This document shows, in pieces, positions 11,099 to 19,733 of a stretch of DNA of 64,000 bases (position 1 is its first letter; each line of letters opens with the position of its first letter). The stretch comes from Gemmatimonadaceae bacterium. Its GTDB lineage: Bacteria > Gemmatimonadota > Gemmatimonadetes > Gemmatimonadales > Gemmatimonadaceae. The position numbers and the translations under genes were made by a program. The notes under the pieces are model-generated. The model saw only the letters and a program-made list of their open reading frames with translations, was not told where the DNA came from and searched no databases. Location: NCBI GenBank assembly GCA_051859245.1, contig JBHYGA010000001.1, positions 480,001 through 544,000 of the forward strand, given 5' to 3'.

Positions 11099-11515
11099 TT
11101 AAGGGTAGATCAGATCAATCGACGTGACGGGTGCAGCTTCGAGTGTTGTTGCGAAGCCGACAATGACGCTATCGCGCGGCGCGCCCCTACGATTCAAATC
11201 TACTTCACATCGCACGCGAAGCTCAGCTACTTGGTCAGCGGAGAATAGTCCGACCGGCGGAAGCGCTCCCGTAGCACGGAAGCGACCTGCAGCGTCACTC
11301 ATCGCAGTCGTGAGGAAACCGCCGATCGGCGACTCACACTTGCCAAAAATAACCTCGACTCCGACCGCCGGTGCGCCGCTCGGCTGGCGCACCGTGCCGA
11401 CAAGCACAGTGTAACCAGCCGGCGGTCCCCAGTCGTCAATGATGACGCCGCGATCCCCGCAGGATGCAAGCAATGCCATGGCGGCGGCGCACATGGAAAG
11501 TCGAGGATGTTTCAT
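11099..11515 (-). CDS. Lipoprotein with carboxypeptidase-regulatory-like beta-sandwich
   Basis: LASC lipobox; GTVRQPSGAP...SDAAGRF motif. Confidence 0.65.
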   Translation of the reverse strand: MKHPRLSMCAAAMALLASCGDRGVIIDDWGPPAGYTVLVGTVRQPSGAPAVGVEVIFGKCESPIGGFLTTAMSDAAGRFRATGALPPVGLFSADQVAELRVRCEVDLNRRGAPRDSVIVGFATTLEAAPVTSIDLIYP

Positions 11516-11788
11516 TTGCGTCTTCGCCTCTGGAGATCTGACTGGCGAACTTGAATGCGTTATCGAGCCGAGTGATCGTGAAGAATCAATCTCGGTGTGC
11601 AGCTATTGGAACAGCAATGCGGCAGATCCACCCAGGCAGCGCAAGCGAGGACCCGCATTGATGTAAACCTAGTGCCAGGCCCGGACCCACCGTATTGTTC
11701 AGTTAGGCGGCGTCCCCTCCCCGCGCCGTGGTTTCCACCCTCGCTCGGCTCGCGACACGGGCCGGCACTTCGACCGAGTACAGTCGCC

Positions 11789-12412
11789 ATGAACGTCCAA
11801 CGCTCGATCCTCGCCGTCGCTGTCGTCTCACTGCTCGCCGGCGCGTCGTCGGTGACGTTCGCACAGGCCAGCGGACACAGCGGGCACAGCATGCACGGCA
11901 TGAATATGCCCGAGATCGTGATCCCTGCAGGGGCAGGTTACACGAAGGCCGATGTTGAGTTCATGCAGGGAATGATCGCGCACCACGCGCAAGCGATCGT
12001 CATGGCGCGACTGGCCGAGTCGAACGGCGCGAATCCGCAGGTGCTCAAGCTCTCGCGAAAGATCGATCAGTCGCAGGTGCCGGAGATTCAGATCATGCAA
12101 GAGTGGTTGCGCCAGTACAAACAGTTCGCACCCGACACCTCCTCGTGGCAACACATGTCGATGACGGGCATGCTGACCACGGAGCAGCTCAAGGAACTCG
12201 AAGTAGCCAAAGGCGTCGAGTTTGATCGCGCGTTCCTCAAATACATGATCATGCACCATGAGGGCGCGTTGAAAATGGTCGATGATCTCTTCGCGTCTCC
12301 GATGGCCGGTCAGGAAGTCGACGTGTCGGTATTCGCGAACGATGTCGTGACGGCGCAGACCGGCGAGATTGGCATCATGCGACGACTGCTCGCCCAGCTC
12401 CCGCCGAAGTAA
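11789..12412 (+). CDS. DUF305 domain protein (ferritin-like)
   Basis: ADVEFMQGMIAHHAQA and FLKYMIMHHEGA repeats; signal peptide. Confidence 0.9.
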   Translation: MNVQRSILAVAVVSLLAGASSVTFAQASGHSGHSMHGMNMPEIVIPAGAGYTKADVEFMQGMIAHHAQAIVMARLAESNGANPQVLKLSRKIDQSQVPEIQIMQEWLRQYKQFAPDTSSWQHMSMTGMLTTEQLKELEVAKGVEFDRAFLKYMIMHHEGALKMVDDLFASPMAGQEVDVSVFANDVVTAQTGEIGIMRRLLAQLPPK

Positions 12413-12493
12413 CGCACCACGTCGTTGCGCCCGACGAAACGCGACGCGCACGGCGTCCCGCCCGCCCCAATCCCACCACAGGAGTTTGTCCCC

Positions 12494-14362
12494 ATGCGTG
12501 TCGACCGTGGCTTGAATTTTCTCCGGATACTTCTGCTGGCGTCTCTTGTCGCGCCGAGCATCGCGTCGTCGCAGACGTACCCGACGAGACAGGATCCCCG
12601 CTCCAACCTGAAGCCCGGGCGCCACGACGCCGGCACCGCGTTTCTCGGCATGAAGCTTGTGTCGAACACACACAAACCGCCGCAGCTCGACACGACTCGC
12701 GGTCTGACGTTCGCCAACTCCGACATCGCGTTTGGCACGCACTACGCCTATCAGGGCAACTTTGCCGGCTTCACCATTTGGGACATTACCGATCCGGCCA
12801 AGCCGGTCGTCACGGCGGTTGTAAAGTGTACCACGTCGCAGGGAGACCCATCAATCGTCGGGAATCTGCTGTTCCTCTCGGCGGAGGGCGCGGGCAATCG
12901 CAATGATTGCGGAAGCCAGGGTGTGCAGGACCCGAAGGATCACATGGCGGGTGTGCGCATTTTCGACGTATCCAATCCGAAGGCGCCCAAACTTGTGAAG
13001 AACGTGCAGACGTGCAAAGGATCGCATACGCACACCATCGTACCGAGCAAGAAGGATCCGAACATCATCTACATCTACGTGTCGGGGCAGTCGAATGCGC
13101 GGCCCGAGACGGAACTGGCCGGCTGCAAGAACGGCACGGATCCGGATGATCCAACGAACTCGCTGTACATGCTCGACATCATCAAAGTGGAGCTCGATCA
13201 TCCCGAACGCGCTGTGGTAATTCCTGGCGCGCGGATTTTCTCGGGTCTCGACGTTGATGCAACGTGCAAGCAGTTCTGTGCGCCCACTGATCCGCGTCGT
13301 CCTGCTGGCCGCGGTGGACGTCGCGTTCCGGGTGATACCGCGGCGGAACCGCTGCACACCGGTCCGCGCAACTGTCATGACGTGACTGCGTATCCGGCGC
13401 TCAACCTGCTGGCCGCTGCGTGTTCGACGCACTCCATTCTGGTGGACATCTCAAACCCCGAAAAACCGTTTCGCATCGACGCACTGACCGACGAAAACAA
13501 TTATCAGGGGCGCCACACGGCCGCGTTCAGCAACGATGGCACGAAGATGATGCAGACCGACGAGTGGGGCGGCGGCACGGGCCCGATGTGTCAGGAGTCG
13601 AGCATGATTGAGCTGGGCGGCAACACGGTCATTTCACTCGATGCAAAAAAGAAACAGAAGCAGCGCGCGTACTTCAAGCTGCCGTCGGCGCAGTCCGCCG
13701 AAGAAAACTGTGTGGCGCACAACGGAGGAATTATCCCGGTACCGGGACGCGATCTGTATGTGCAGGCGTGGTATCAGGGTGGCATCAACGTGATGGACTT
13801 CACCGACCCGGACAAGGCGATCGAAATCGCGTACTTCGATCGTGGGTCGATCGATCCGCCGGCACTGGTTGATGTTCCGTCGGCCGCGGCTGAAGCGGCG
13901 TTGGCGGCGAGCGGTGGTCGCAGTCGCAACACGATTGGCGGATCATGGGGCGCGTACTACTGGAACGGCATGATCTATTCTTCCGAGATCGATCGCGGAT
14001 TGGATATTGTTGAGCTGACGCCAACCGCGCAGCTGTCTGCGAACGAAATCGCGGCCGCAAAGTTGGTTGTCCTCACCGACTACAATCCACAAAGCCAGCC
14101 CAAGATCACGTGGCCGCCGGCGTTCGTTGTTGTGCGGTCGTACTACGACCAGCTGGTGCGCGGCAAGGGTCTCGCTGCGGACCGTCTCGCGGCGATTGCA
14201 ACCGCACTCGACGCAGCGGAGATGAAGTCCGGCGCGGCGCGCGCGAGCGCGCTCAACGTGCTTGCTCGGCAGGTCGATGGTGATGTGAAGGGCGCTGCAG
14301 ACAGCGCGCGTGTGCGCACGATGGCGAGCGAGATTCGCCGTCTGGCAACAGCATCGAAGTAG
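12494..14362 (+). CDS. LVIVD-repeat secreted protein (usual DUF305 partner)
   Basis: NSDIAF, GVRIFDVSNP, GSHTHT, CHD, DEWGGG, NCVAHNG, AWYQGG motifs. Confidence 0.85.
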   Translation: MRVDRGLNFLRILLLASLVAPSIASSQTYPTRQDPRSNLKPGRHDAGTAFLGMKLVSNTHKPPQLDTTRGLTFANSDIAFGTHYAYQGNFAGFTIWDITDPAKPVVTAVVKCTTSQGDPSIVGNLLFLSAEGAGNRNDCGSQGVQDPKDHMAGVRIFDVSNPKAPKLVKNVQTCKGSHTHTIVPSKKDPNIIYIYVSGQSNARPETELAGCKNGTDPDDPTNSLYMLDIIKVELDHPERAVVIPGARIFSGLDVDATCKQFCAPTDPRRPAGRGGRRVPGDTAAEPLHTGPRNCHDVTAYPALNLLAAACSTHSILVDISNPEKPFRIDALTDENNYQGRHTAAFSNDGTKMMQTDEWGGGTGPMCQESSMIELGGNTVISLDAKKKQKQRAYFKLPSAQSAEENCVAHNGGIIPVPGRDLYVQAWYQGGINVMDFTDPDKAIEIAYFDRGSIDPPALVDVPSAAAEAALAASGGRSRNTIGGSWGAYYWNGMIYSSEIDRGLDIVELTPTAQLSANEIAAAKLVVLTDYNPQSQPKITWPPAFVVVRSYYDQLVRGKGLAADRLAAIATALDAAEMKSGAARASALNVLARQVDGDVKGAADSARVRTMASEIRRLATASK

Positions 14363-14388
14363 CTGCGGTTACGCCTCGCTGTTTGTAT

Positions 14389-14422
14389 GAATGGCGCCTC
14401 TCACAGGGGCGCCATTCTTTTT
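14389..14422 (+). terminator. Rho-independent terminator
   Basis: GAATGGCGCCTC-tcaca-GGGGCGCCATTC hairpin followed by TTTTT just after the LVIVD gene. Confidence 0.85.
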
Positions 14423-14475
14423 CCGCCGTTGTTCGTGTGTGTCACGTGATATAGGACTCTCCAGGGAACGGTCGC

Positions 14476-15852
14476 ATGCTGAAAACGGACTATCTGGTCA
14501 TCGGTGCGGGCGCAGCCGGCATGGCCATTACCGACGCGCTGCTTAGTCATAGTGACGCCACGATCACCATCGTCGATCGTCGACACCTGCCGGGAGGGCA
14601 TTGGATCGACGCGTACCCGTACGTGCGTCTGCATCAGCCGTCGGCATTCTATGGGGTGGACTCTACGCCACTGGGGCAGGATAGCCTCGACGTAACCGGT
14701 TGGAATGCCGGGTACCACGAACTCGCCACGGCAGACGAAATCCGTGCGTATTTTCATCGCGTGATGGAACGTCGCTTTCTCGCAAGCGGTCGCGTCCAGT
14801 ACTTCCCAAACAGCGACTACATCGGTGAGCAGCGTTTCGTGAGCAGGCTCACCGGGCAAGAACGGGAGTGTCGTGTCACGCGCAAAATCATCGATACGAG
14901 GTATCTGGAAGGGGAGATCCCCGCCACCAGTGCGCCCCCGTTTGATGTCGCCACGGGAGTGCGCTGTGTTCCGGCGGGCGGCATCACGCGCCTCGACGAG
15001 CAACCCGACGATTTTGTTGTAATAGGCGCCGGGAAGACCGCTCTCGATACCTGCATCTGGCTGCTCACACAGGGCGTGCCTCCCTCGTGCATTCGCTGGA
15101 TCAAGCCACGCGAATGTTGGTGGCTCAATCGCCGCTTTTTGCAGCCGCATGCAGGGCTGCCCGAGATGTACCGTGGCGTGGCCATCCAACTGGAGGCGAT
15201 GGCGCAGTCGACGTCGATCGCAAATCTGATGGCACGGTTGGAAGCGGAGCACATCGTTTTACGCGTGGACACCACCGTGACGCCGACCATGTACCGCGGC
15301 GCGGTCATTGGTGAGTCTGAGATTGAGCTCGTTCGTCAGATTCATCAGGTAATCCGACACGGCCATGTCCGCTCGATCAGTTCGGACACCATCATGCTCG
15401 ACCAGGGGCAGGTGAAGACGCACCCACGCGCCTTGCACATCCACTGCGCAGCCCGCGGTCTTGCCCGACCTCCGTTGCGGCCGATCTTCGAGCCGGGCCG
15501 GATGACCGTGCAGCCGTTCTTGCGGGGATTCGCTTGCTTTCAGTTTGCCATGCTGGGTGTTGCGGAAGCGATGCTCGAGACGGACGCACAGAAGAACGAG
15601 CTGTTTCCGCCCATCGCGTATTGGGACAACAACGTTGACTTCATCACCGGCTTCCTCGCCACCATGGCGAACACCCGAGGACGCGCCGCATACCCCGCAC
15701 TCGCGAGCTGGGCGAATGAGTCTCGCCTCAACCCGCTCGCCGGCGTCGATCGCTTCCGCGATCACCCGACGGTGATCGATTCCCAAGCACGGATCAAACT
15801 CTCAGGGCCCGCGGCCGTCGATACGCTGACGCGCTTGCTACGATCCCCTTGA
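14476..15852 (+). CDS. FAD/NAD(P)-dependent oxidoreductase
   Basis: VIGAGAAG..GGHW..YPYVRLHQPS; second VIGAGKT motif. Confidence 0.85.
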   Translation: MLKTDYLVIGAGAAGMAITDALLSHSDATITIVDRRHLPGGHWIDAYPYVRLHQPSAFYGVDSTPLGQDSLDVTGWNAGYHELATADEIRAYFHRVMERRFLASGRVQYFPNSDYIGEQRFVSRLTGQERECRVTRKIIDTRYLEGEIPATSAPPFDVATGVRCVPAGGITRLDEQPDDFVVIGAGKTALDTCIWLLTQGVPPSCIRWIKPRECWWLNRRFLQPHAGLPEMYRGVAIQLEAMAQSTSIANLMARLEAEHIVLRVDTTVTPTMYRGAVIGESEIELVRQIHQVIRHGHVRSISSDTIMLDQGQVKTHPRALHIHCAARGLARPPLRPIFEPGRMTVQPFLRGFACFQFAMLGVAEAMLETDAQKNELFPPIAYWDNNVDFITGFLATMANTRGRAAYPALASWANESRLNPLAGVDRFRDHPTVIDSQARIKLSGPAAVDTLTRLLRSP

Positions 15853-15949
15853 ACCTTGCGGCGACGTCCGCGGATAACCGTAATGGCTTCGCGGAGCTAC
15901 TTTGTCGCACCATCAAACTGCACGAGCACCGTCGAACGGAGAGATAGCC

Positions 15950-17689
15950 ATGTCCCCAGGACCGATCTCGCGGAAGGAGTTCCTTGGACTCGGCGCGCTG
16001 ATGGCGGGCGCGCTGGGCGCATCGAAGCTGTCTGTGCCCGCCGCGCCGTGGCGAGCCGATCCCGGGCCGCCGCTGCCGCAGCGCGGCGGCGGCATTGAGG
16101 CCGACCTCATCGTCGTGAACGCGCGCGTACTCACGCAGGACTCGGCGCTGCCGCGCGCCGAAGCGTTCGCGGTGAAGGACGGACGGTTCCTCGCAGTGGG
16201 GAGCAATGCTGACATCCGAAACCTCGCGACTGCGCGCACGCGTGTCATCGATGCGGCGCAATACACCGTACTGCCGGGCTTCATCGACACACACTGTCAT
16301 CCACGCGGCTTGTCGGAGCTCTTCGAAGCCTCGGCGAATGTGCGCACCGTCGCCGAGCTGCAGGCGAATCTGCGCGCGCGTGTTGCGACCACGCCCGAGG
16401 GTTATTGGATCACCGGCGCAATGTTCGACGACACCAAGCTCGACAAGCGCCTCACGATTGCCGACCTCGATGCCGTGTCAACGCGGCATCCAATCGCGGT
16501 GAATCATCGTGGCGGGCACACGAGCTGGTACAACAGCAAAGCGTTCGAGCTCGCGGGTGTTACGCGCGACACGCCTGACCCGACCGGCGGGCGTTTCGTG
16601 CGCACTGCGAACGGCGATCTTGACGGCATGGTGGCCGAACTCGCGCGTGGTGTGATTTCGCGCGCTGGTCAGCGCGAGCGGTTCACACCGGAGCAGCAGC
16701 GGGCCCGCAGTAACGAGGGCATGGCGCACATCTCCAAGCTACTTACGGCGGCCGGACTTACGACCGTGCACGACGCCGGTACCGACCGGAACGCGATCCG
16801 CGCGTACGAAGACATGCGCGCGGCCGGGTTGCTGCGGCACCGCGCCTATTTGATGGTGCGCGGCGCCTACACCCAGCTGCGAGACGCCGGCGTGTACACC
16901 GGGTTCGGCGACGACATGATTCGCATCGGCGGCGTGAAATACTCGGCCGACGGCTCCGCGTCGGAGCGTACGATGCTCATGAGCACACCGTACGTGGGCA
17001 CCAACGACTACGGCATCGCGACGATGAGCGTGGAGGAGATCCACGAGGCCGTAGACGACGCACACCGCAACAACTGGCAGGTGGGTATCCACGCCAACGG
17101 CGACGTGACGATCGATCGTGTGCTCACCGCGTACGAACGCGCGCTCGCGCAGTGGCCGCACCCCGACCGGCGGCACCGGATCGAGCACTGCTCCCTCGTG
17201 AATCCATCATTGATCGCGCGCATTGCGAAGACCGGCACGATCCCGACACCGTTCTGGACCTACATCTACTTTCACGGCGAAAAGTGGGCGCAGTACGGTG
17301 ACGACAAGATGCGCTGGATGTTCGCGCACCGGTCGTTCCTCGACGCAGGTATTCGCGTGCCGGGTGCGTCAGACTACGGGCCGGGGCCGTTCGAGCCGCT
17401 CATGGCGATCCAGAGCATGGTCACGCGGCGCGACTTTCGCGGGAAGGAGTGGGGGCCCAACCAGCAAGTCACCGTTGACGAGGCGCTGCGCATCGCGACC
17501 GCGCACGGCTCGTATGCGTCGTACGAAGAGCGGACCAAGGGCACGATCACCGCGGGCAAGCTCGCCGACTTCGTCGTGCTCGAGAAGGATCCGCACGACG
17601 TGGCGCCCGATGCGATCAAGGACATCAAGGTGGTGCTGACGGTGGTCGGGGGGCGGACGGTACATCCTGAGCTCGAAGACGGACAGTAA
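15950..17689 (+). CDS. Amidohydrolase_3 (YtcJ-like), Tat-type signal
   Basis: SRKEFL signal, PGFIDTHCH, ADGS, IHANGD, RIEH, GASD. Confidence 0.9.
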   Translation: MSPGPISRKEFLGLGALMAGALGASKLSVPAAPWRADPGPPLPQRGGGIEADLIVVNARVLTQDSALPRAEAFAVKDGRFLAVGSNADIRNLATARTRVIDAAQYTVLPGFIDTHCHPRGLSELFEASANVRTVAELQANLRARVATTPEGYWITGAMFDDTKLDKRLTIADLDAVSTRHPIAVNHRGGHTSWYNSKAFELAGVTRDTPDPTGGRFVRTANGDLDGMVAELARGVISRAGQRERFTPEQQRARSNEGMAHISKLLTAAGLTTVHDAGTDRNAIRAYEDMRAAGLLRHRAYLMVRGAYTQLRDAGVYTGFGDDMIRIGGVKYSADGSASERTMLMSTPYVGTNDYGIATMSVEEIHEAVDDAHRNNWQVGIHANGDVTIDRVLTAYERALAQWPHPDRRHRIEHCSLVNPSLIARIAKTGTIPTPFWTYIYFHGEKWAQYGDDKMRWMFAHRSFLDAGIRVPGASDYGPGPFEPLMAIQSMVTRRDFRGKEWGPNQQVTVDEALRIATAHGSYASYEERTKGTITAGKLADFVVLEKDPHDVAPDAIKDIKVVLTVVGGRTVHPELEDGQ

Positions 17690-17750
17690 GGGCGACGTCT
17701 TCGTGACGCTGAGTTGAGCTGTATTGCCAGTTGCGTGCTGCAGTGTCGAG

Positions 17751-18104
17751 CTATTGACGAACGTTGCGCATCTTCAGCCGATGTCCCACGTCAACGATTG
17801 CGGCAATCAGCGGCTGCAACTCGCGCCCGAGCTCGGTCAGGCTGTATTCAACGGTTGGTGGAGACGTAGGCATCGCGTGGCGTGAGATCACGCCCATGCG
17901 CTCCAACTCAACCAAACGTGCCGAGAGCATTTTCGCGGAGATCCCGTGCACGTCGCGACGGAGTTCACTGAATCGGCGCGGCGCGTCGCGCAGGTTCCAG
18001 ATGATGTGCGGCTTCCACGCGCCGCCGATCACGCGCATGCACTCCGTGAGTGGACACTCGGTCGGAGGCGGCGCCACTCGATTCTTGCGCATCGGAACGG
18101 GCAT
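17751..18104 (-). CDS. HxlR-family winged-helix regulator
   Basis: CPLTE..IGGAWK..RRFSEL..ISAKMLS..PPTVEYSLT. Confidence 0.9.
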   Translation of the reverse strand: MPVPMRKNRVAPPPTECPLTECMRVIGGAWKPHIIWNLRDAPRRFSELRRDVHGISAKMLSARLVELERMGVISRHAMPTSPPTVEYSLTELGRELQPLIAAIVDVGHRLKMRNVRQ

Positions 18105-18116
18105 GTTTCTGCTCCG

Positions 18117-18177
18117 GTTACCGCGAGGTAACTCAATTCTCTCTGGTGGGTCTTGGTCGTGGTTACCAACGGTAACC
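18117..18177. promoter_or_regulatory. Two palindromic GTTACC-N3/4-GGTAAC operators (putative HxlR sites)
   Basis: GTTACCgcgaGGTAAC at 18117-18132 and GGTTACCaacGGTAACC at 18161-18177, between divergent genes. Confidence 0.65.
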
Positions 18178-18244
18178 AGATTCTCCTCATGACGGCAAGC
18201 GCACCGAAGCGCGGTGCACAACAGTCAACATGAGGAATAGATCC

Positions 18245-18868
18245 ATGGCGAAGGTCGCGATTGTGTATCACAGCGGGTTCGGCCACACAAAGGTTCAGGC
18301 CGAAGCGGTGCATCGCGGGGCATCCCGCGTGGAGAATGTGGATGCGGTGCTGATCCCGATCGAAGAATACGAAACGCACTGGGACGTGCTTGATCGTGCG
18401 GACGCGATCGTGATGGGTGCGCCCACCTACATGGCCGGTGCGTCGGCGCAGTTCAAGGCATTCCTCGATGCAACTGCATCACGGTGGGCCGAGCAGCGCT
18501 GGAAAGACAAGCTCGCCGCCGGCTTTACCAACTCCGCCGGCTACAACGGCGACAAGCTCAATACGCTGCAACAGTTCAATCTGTTCGCGATGCAACACGG
18601 AATGATCTGGGTCGGGCTCGGACTGTTACCGGGGAATCACACGAGCAAGGGCTCGCCGGAGGATCTCAACAGACTCGCCAGCTTTCTCGGCGCGATGGCG
18701 CAGTCGAATGCCGATCAGTCAGCGGAGTTGGTACCGCCCCTGTCCGATCGCGCGACCGCCGAACATCTCGGCCAGCGAGTCGCCGAGGCTGCGCTAACGT
18801 GGCGCAGTGGTACACATGCGCAACGGTTGCAGTACGCAAGCGACACGCACGTGGCTATCGGGGCCTGA
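18245..18868 (+). CDS. Flavodoxin / WrbA-like NAD(P)H:quinone oxidoreductase
   Basis: YHSGFGHT FMN loop, GAPTYMAG, WKDKLAAGFTNS..GDK. Confidence 0.88.
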   Translation: MAKVAIVYHSGFGHTKVQAEAVHRGASRVENVDAVLIPIEEYETHWDVLDRADAIVMGAPTYMAGASAQFKAFLDATASRWAEQRWKDKLAAGFTNSAGYNGDKLNTLQQFNLFAMQHGMIWVGLGLLPGNHTSKGSPEDLNRLASFLGAMAQSNADQSAELVPPLSDRATAEHLGQRVAEAALTWRSGTHAQRLQYASDTHVAIGA

Positions 18869-18869
18869 C

Positions 18870-19244
18870 ATGGACAACTCGTACGCAGCAATCGTGCAGG
18901 TAATGTCCGAATATTTCGATGGTTTGCACCACAGCGATTCAAATCGGTTATCGCGTGTGTTTCATCCTCAGGCGCATTACGTCTGCCCAACGGAAGACGC
19001 GCTCGTGTATCGCACGATGTCGGAATACTTCCCCATCGTCGACGCGCGTGAGTCACCGGCGAGTCGCGGCGAACCGCGACACGATCGGATTGTGTCGATC
19101 GAGTTTAGCGGTCCGGCACTCGCGTTTGTGCGCGCCGAATGTTCGATCGGACCGAAGTTCTTCACCGACTTCCTGACGTTTATCCGCACCAACGATCAGT
19201 GGCAGATCATCTCCAAGGTATTTCACTTCGACCTGCGCTCCTGA
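18870..19244 (+). CDS. NTF2-like (lumazine-binding_2) protein
   Basis: YFDGL..VFHPQA..FTDFLT..WQIISKVF. Confidence 0.85.
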   Translation: MDNSYAAIVQVMSEYFDGLHHSDSNRLSRVFHPQAHYVCPTEDALVYRTMSEYFPIVDARESPASRGEPRHDRIVSIEFSGPALAFVRAECSIGPKFFTDFLTFIRTNDQWQIISKVFHFDLRS

Positions 19245-19282
19245 CAAAGCGCTGGTCGCTCACATCATCGAGTGAACAACAC

Positions 19283-19486
19283 ATGCCGTACATCAACATC
19301 AAGATCACGCGCGAAGGCGCGACGCGAGAGCAGAAGGCGCAACTCATTGCGGGAGTGACCGACCTCATGGTGCGCGTGCTCGACAAGAGTCCAGCAACCA
19401 CGTTCGTGGTCATCGACGAGGTCGAGCTGCGAGACTGGGGGATTGGTGGTTTGCCGGTGGACGAGTTTCGTGCGCAGGCGACGTAA
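19283..19486 (+). CDS. 4-oxalocrotonate tautomerase family protein
   Basis: Met-Pro start (catalytic Pro1), EQKAQLI..WGIGG. Confidence 0.9.
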   Translation: MPYINIKITREGATREQKAQLIAGVTDLMVRVLDKSPATTFVVIDEVELRDWGIGGLPVDEFRAQAT

Positions 19487-19599
19487 ACGAAGCGAGCGAA
19501 GCGAGGGAAGGGGCCGTCAGGCGACGCGCCGTTCGGGCGTCGCGAAACTTTCAACCGGCTTACGGCGTAAGGCGAACATCCGCCCTGCTTGACCGACAC

Positions 19600-19637
19600 A
19601 AACTTACGGTGTACGTTCAACCATACACCGTAAGTTT
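19600..19637. promoter_or_regulatory. Perfect 14-bp inverted repeat, putative repressor operator
   Basis: AAACTTACGGTGTA-N10-TACACCGTAAGTTT; related CTTACGgCGTAAG at 19559-19571. Confidence 0.55.
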
Positions 19638-19733
19638 ACGCCACCTCGCTCTCCCACTCCCCATGCGTCATGCTTTCGCCGCCCTCATCGAACGGGCACG
19701 TTGCACAACATCATTTCACGTCTCGAAGTTTTC

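Noticed and set aside
11536..11708. Possible attC remnants (ATCTGAC, GTTAGGC) upstream of the lipoprotein gene
   Set aside because: No convincing paired arms; 7-mers can occur by chance; needs a covariance search.
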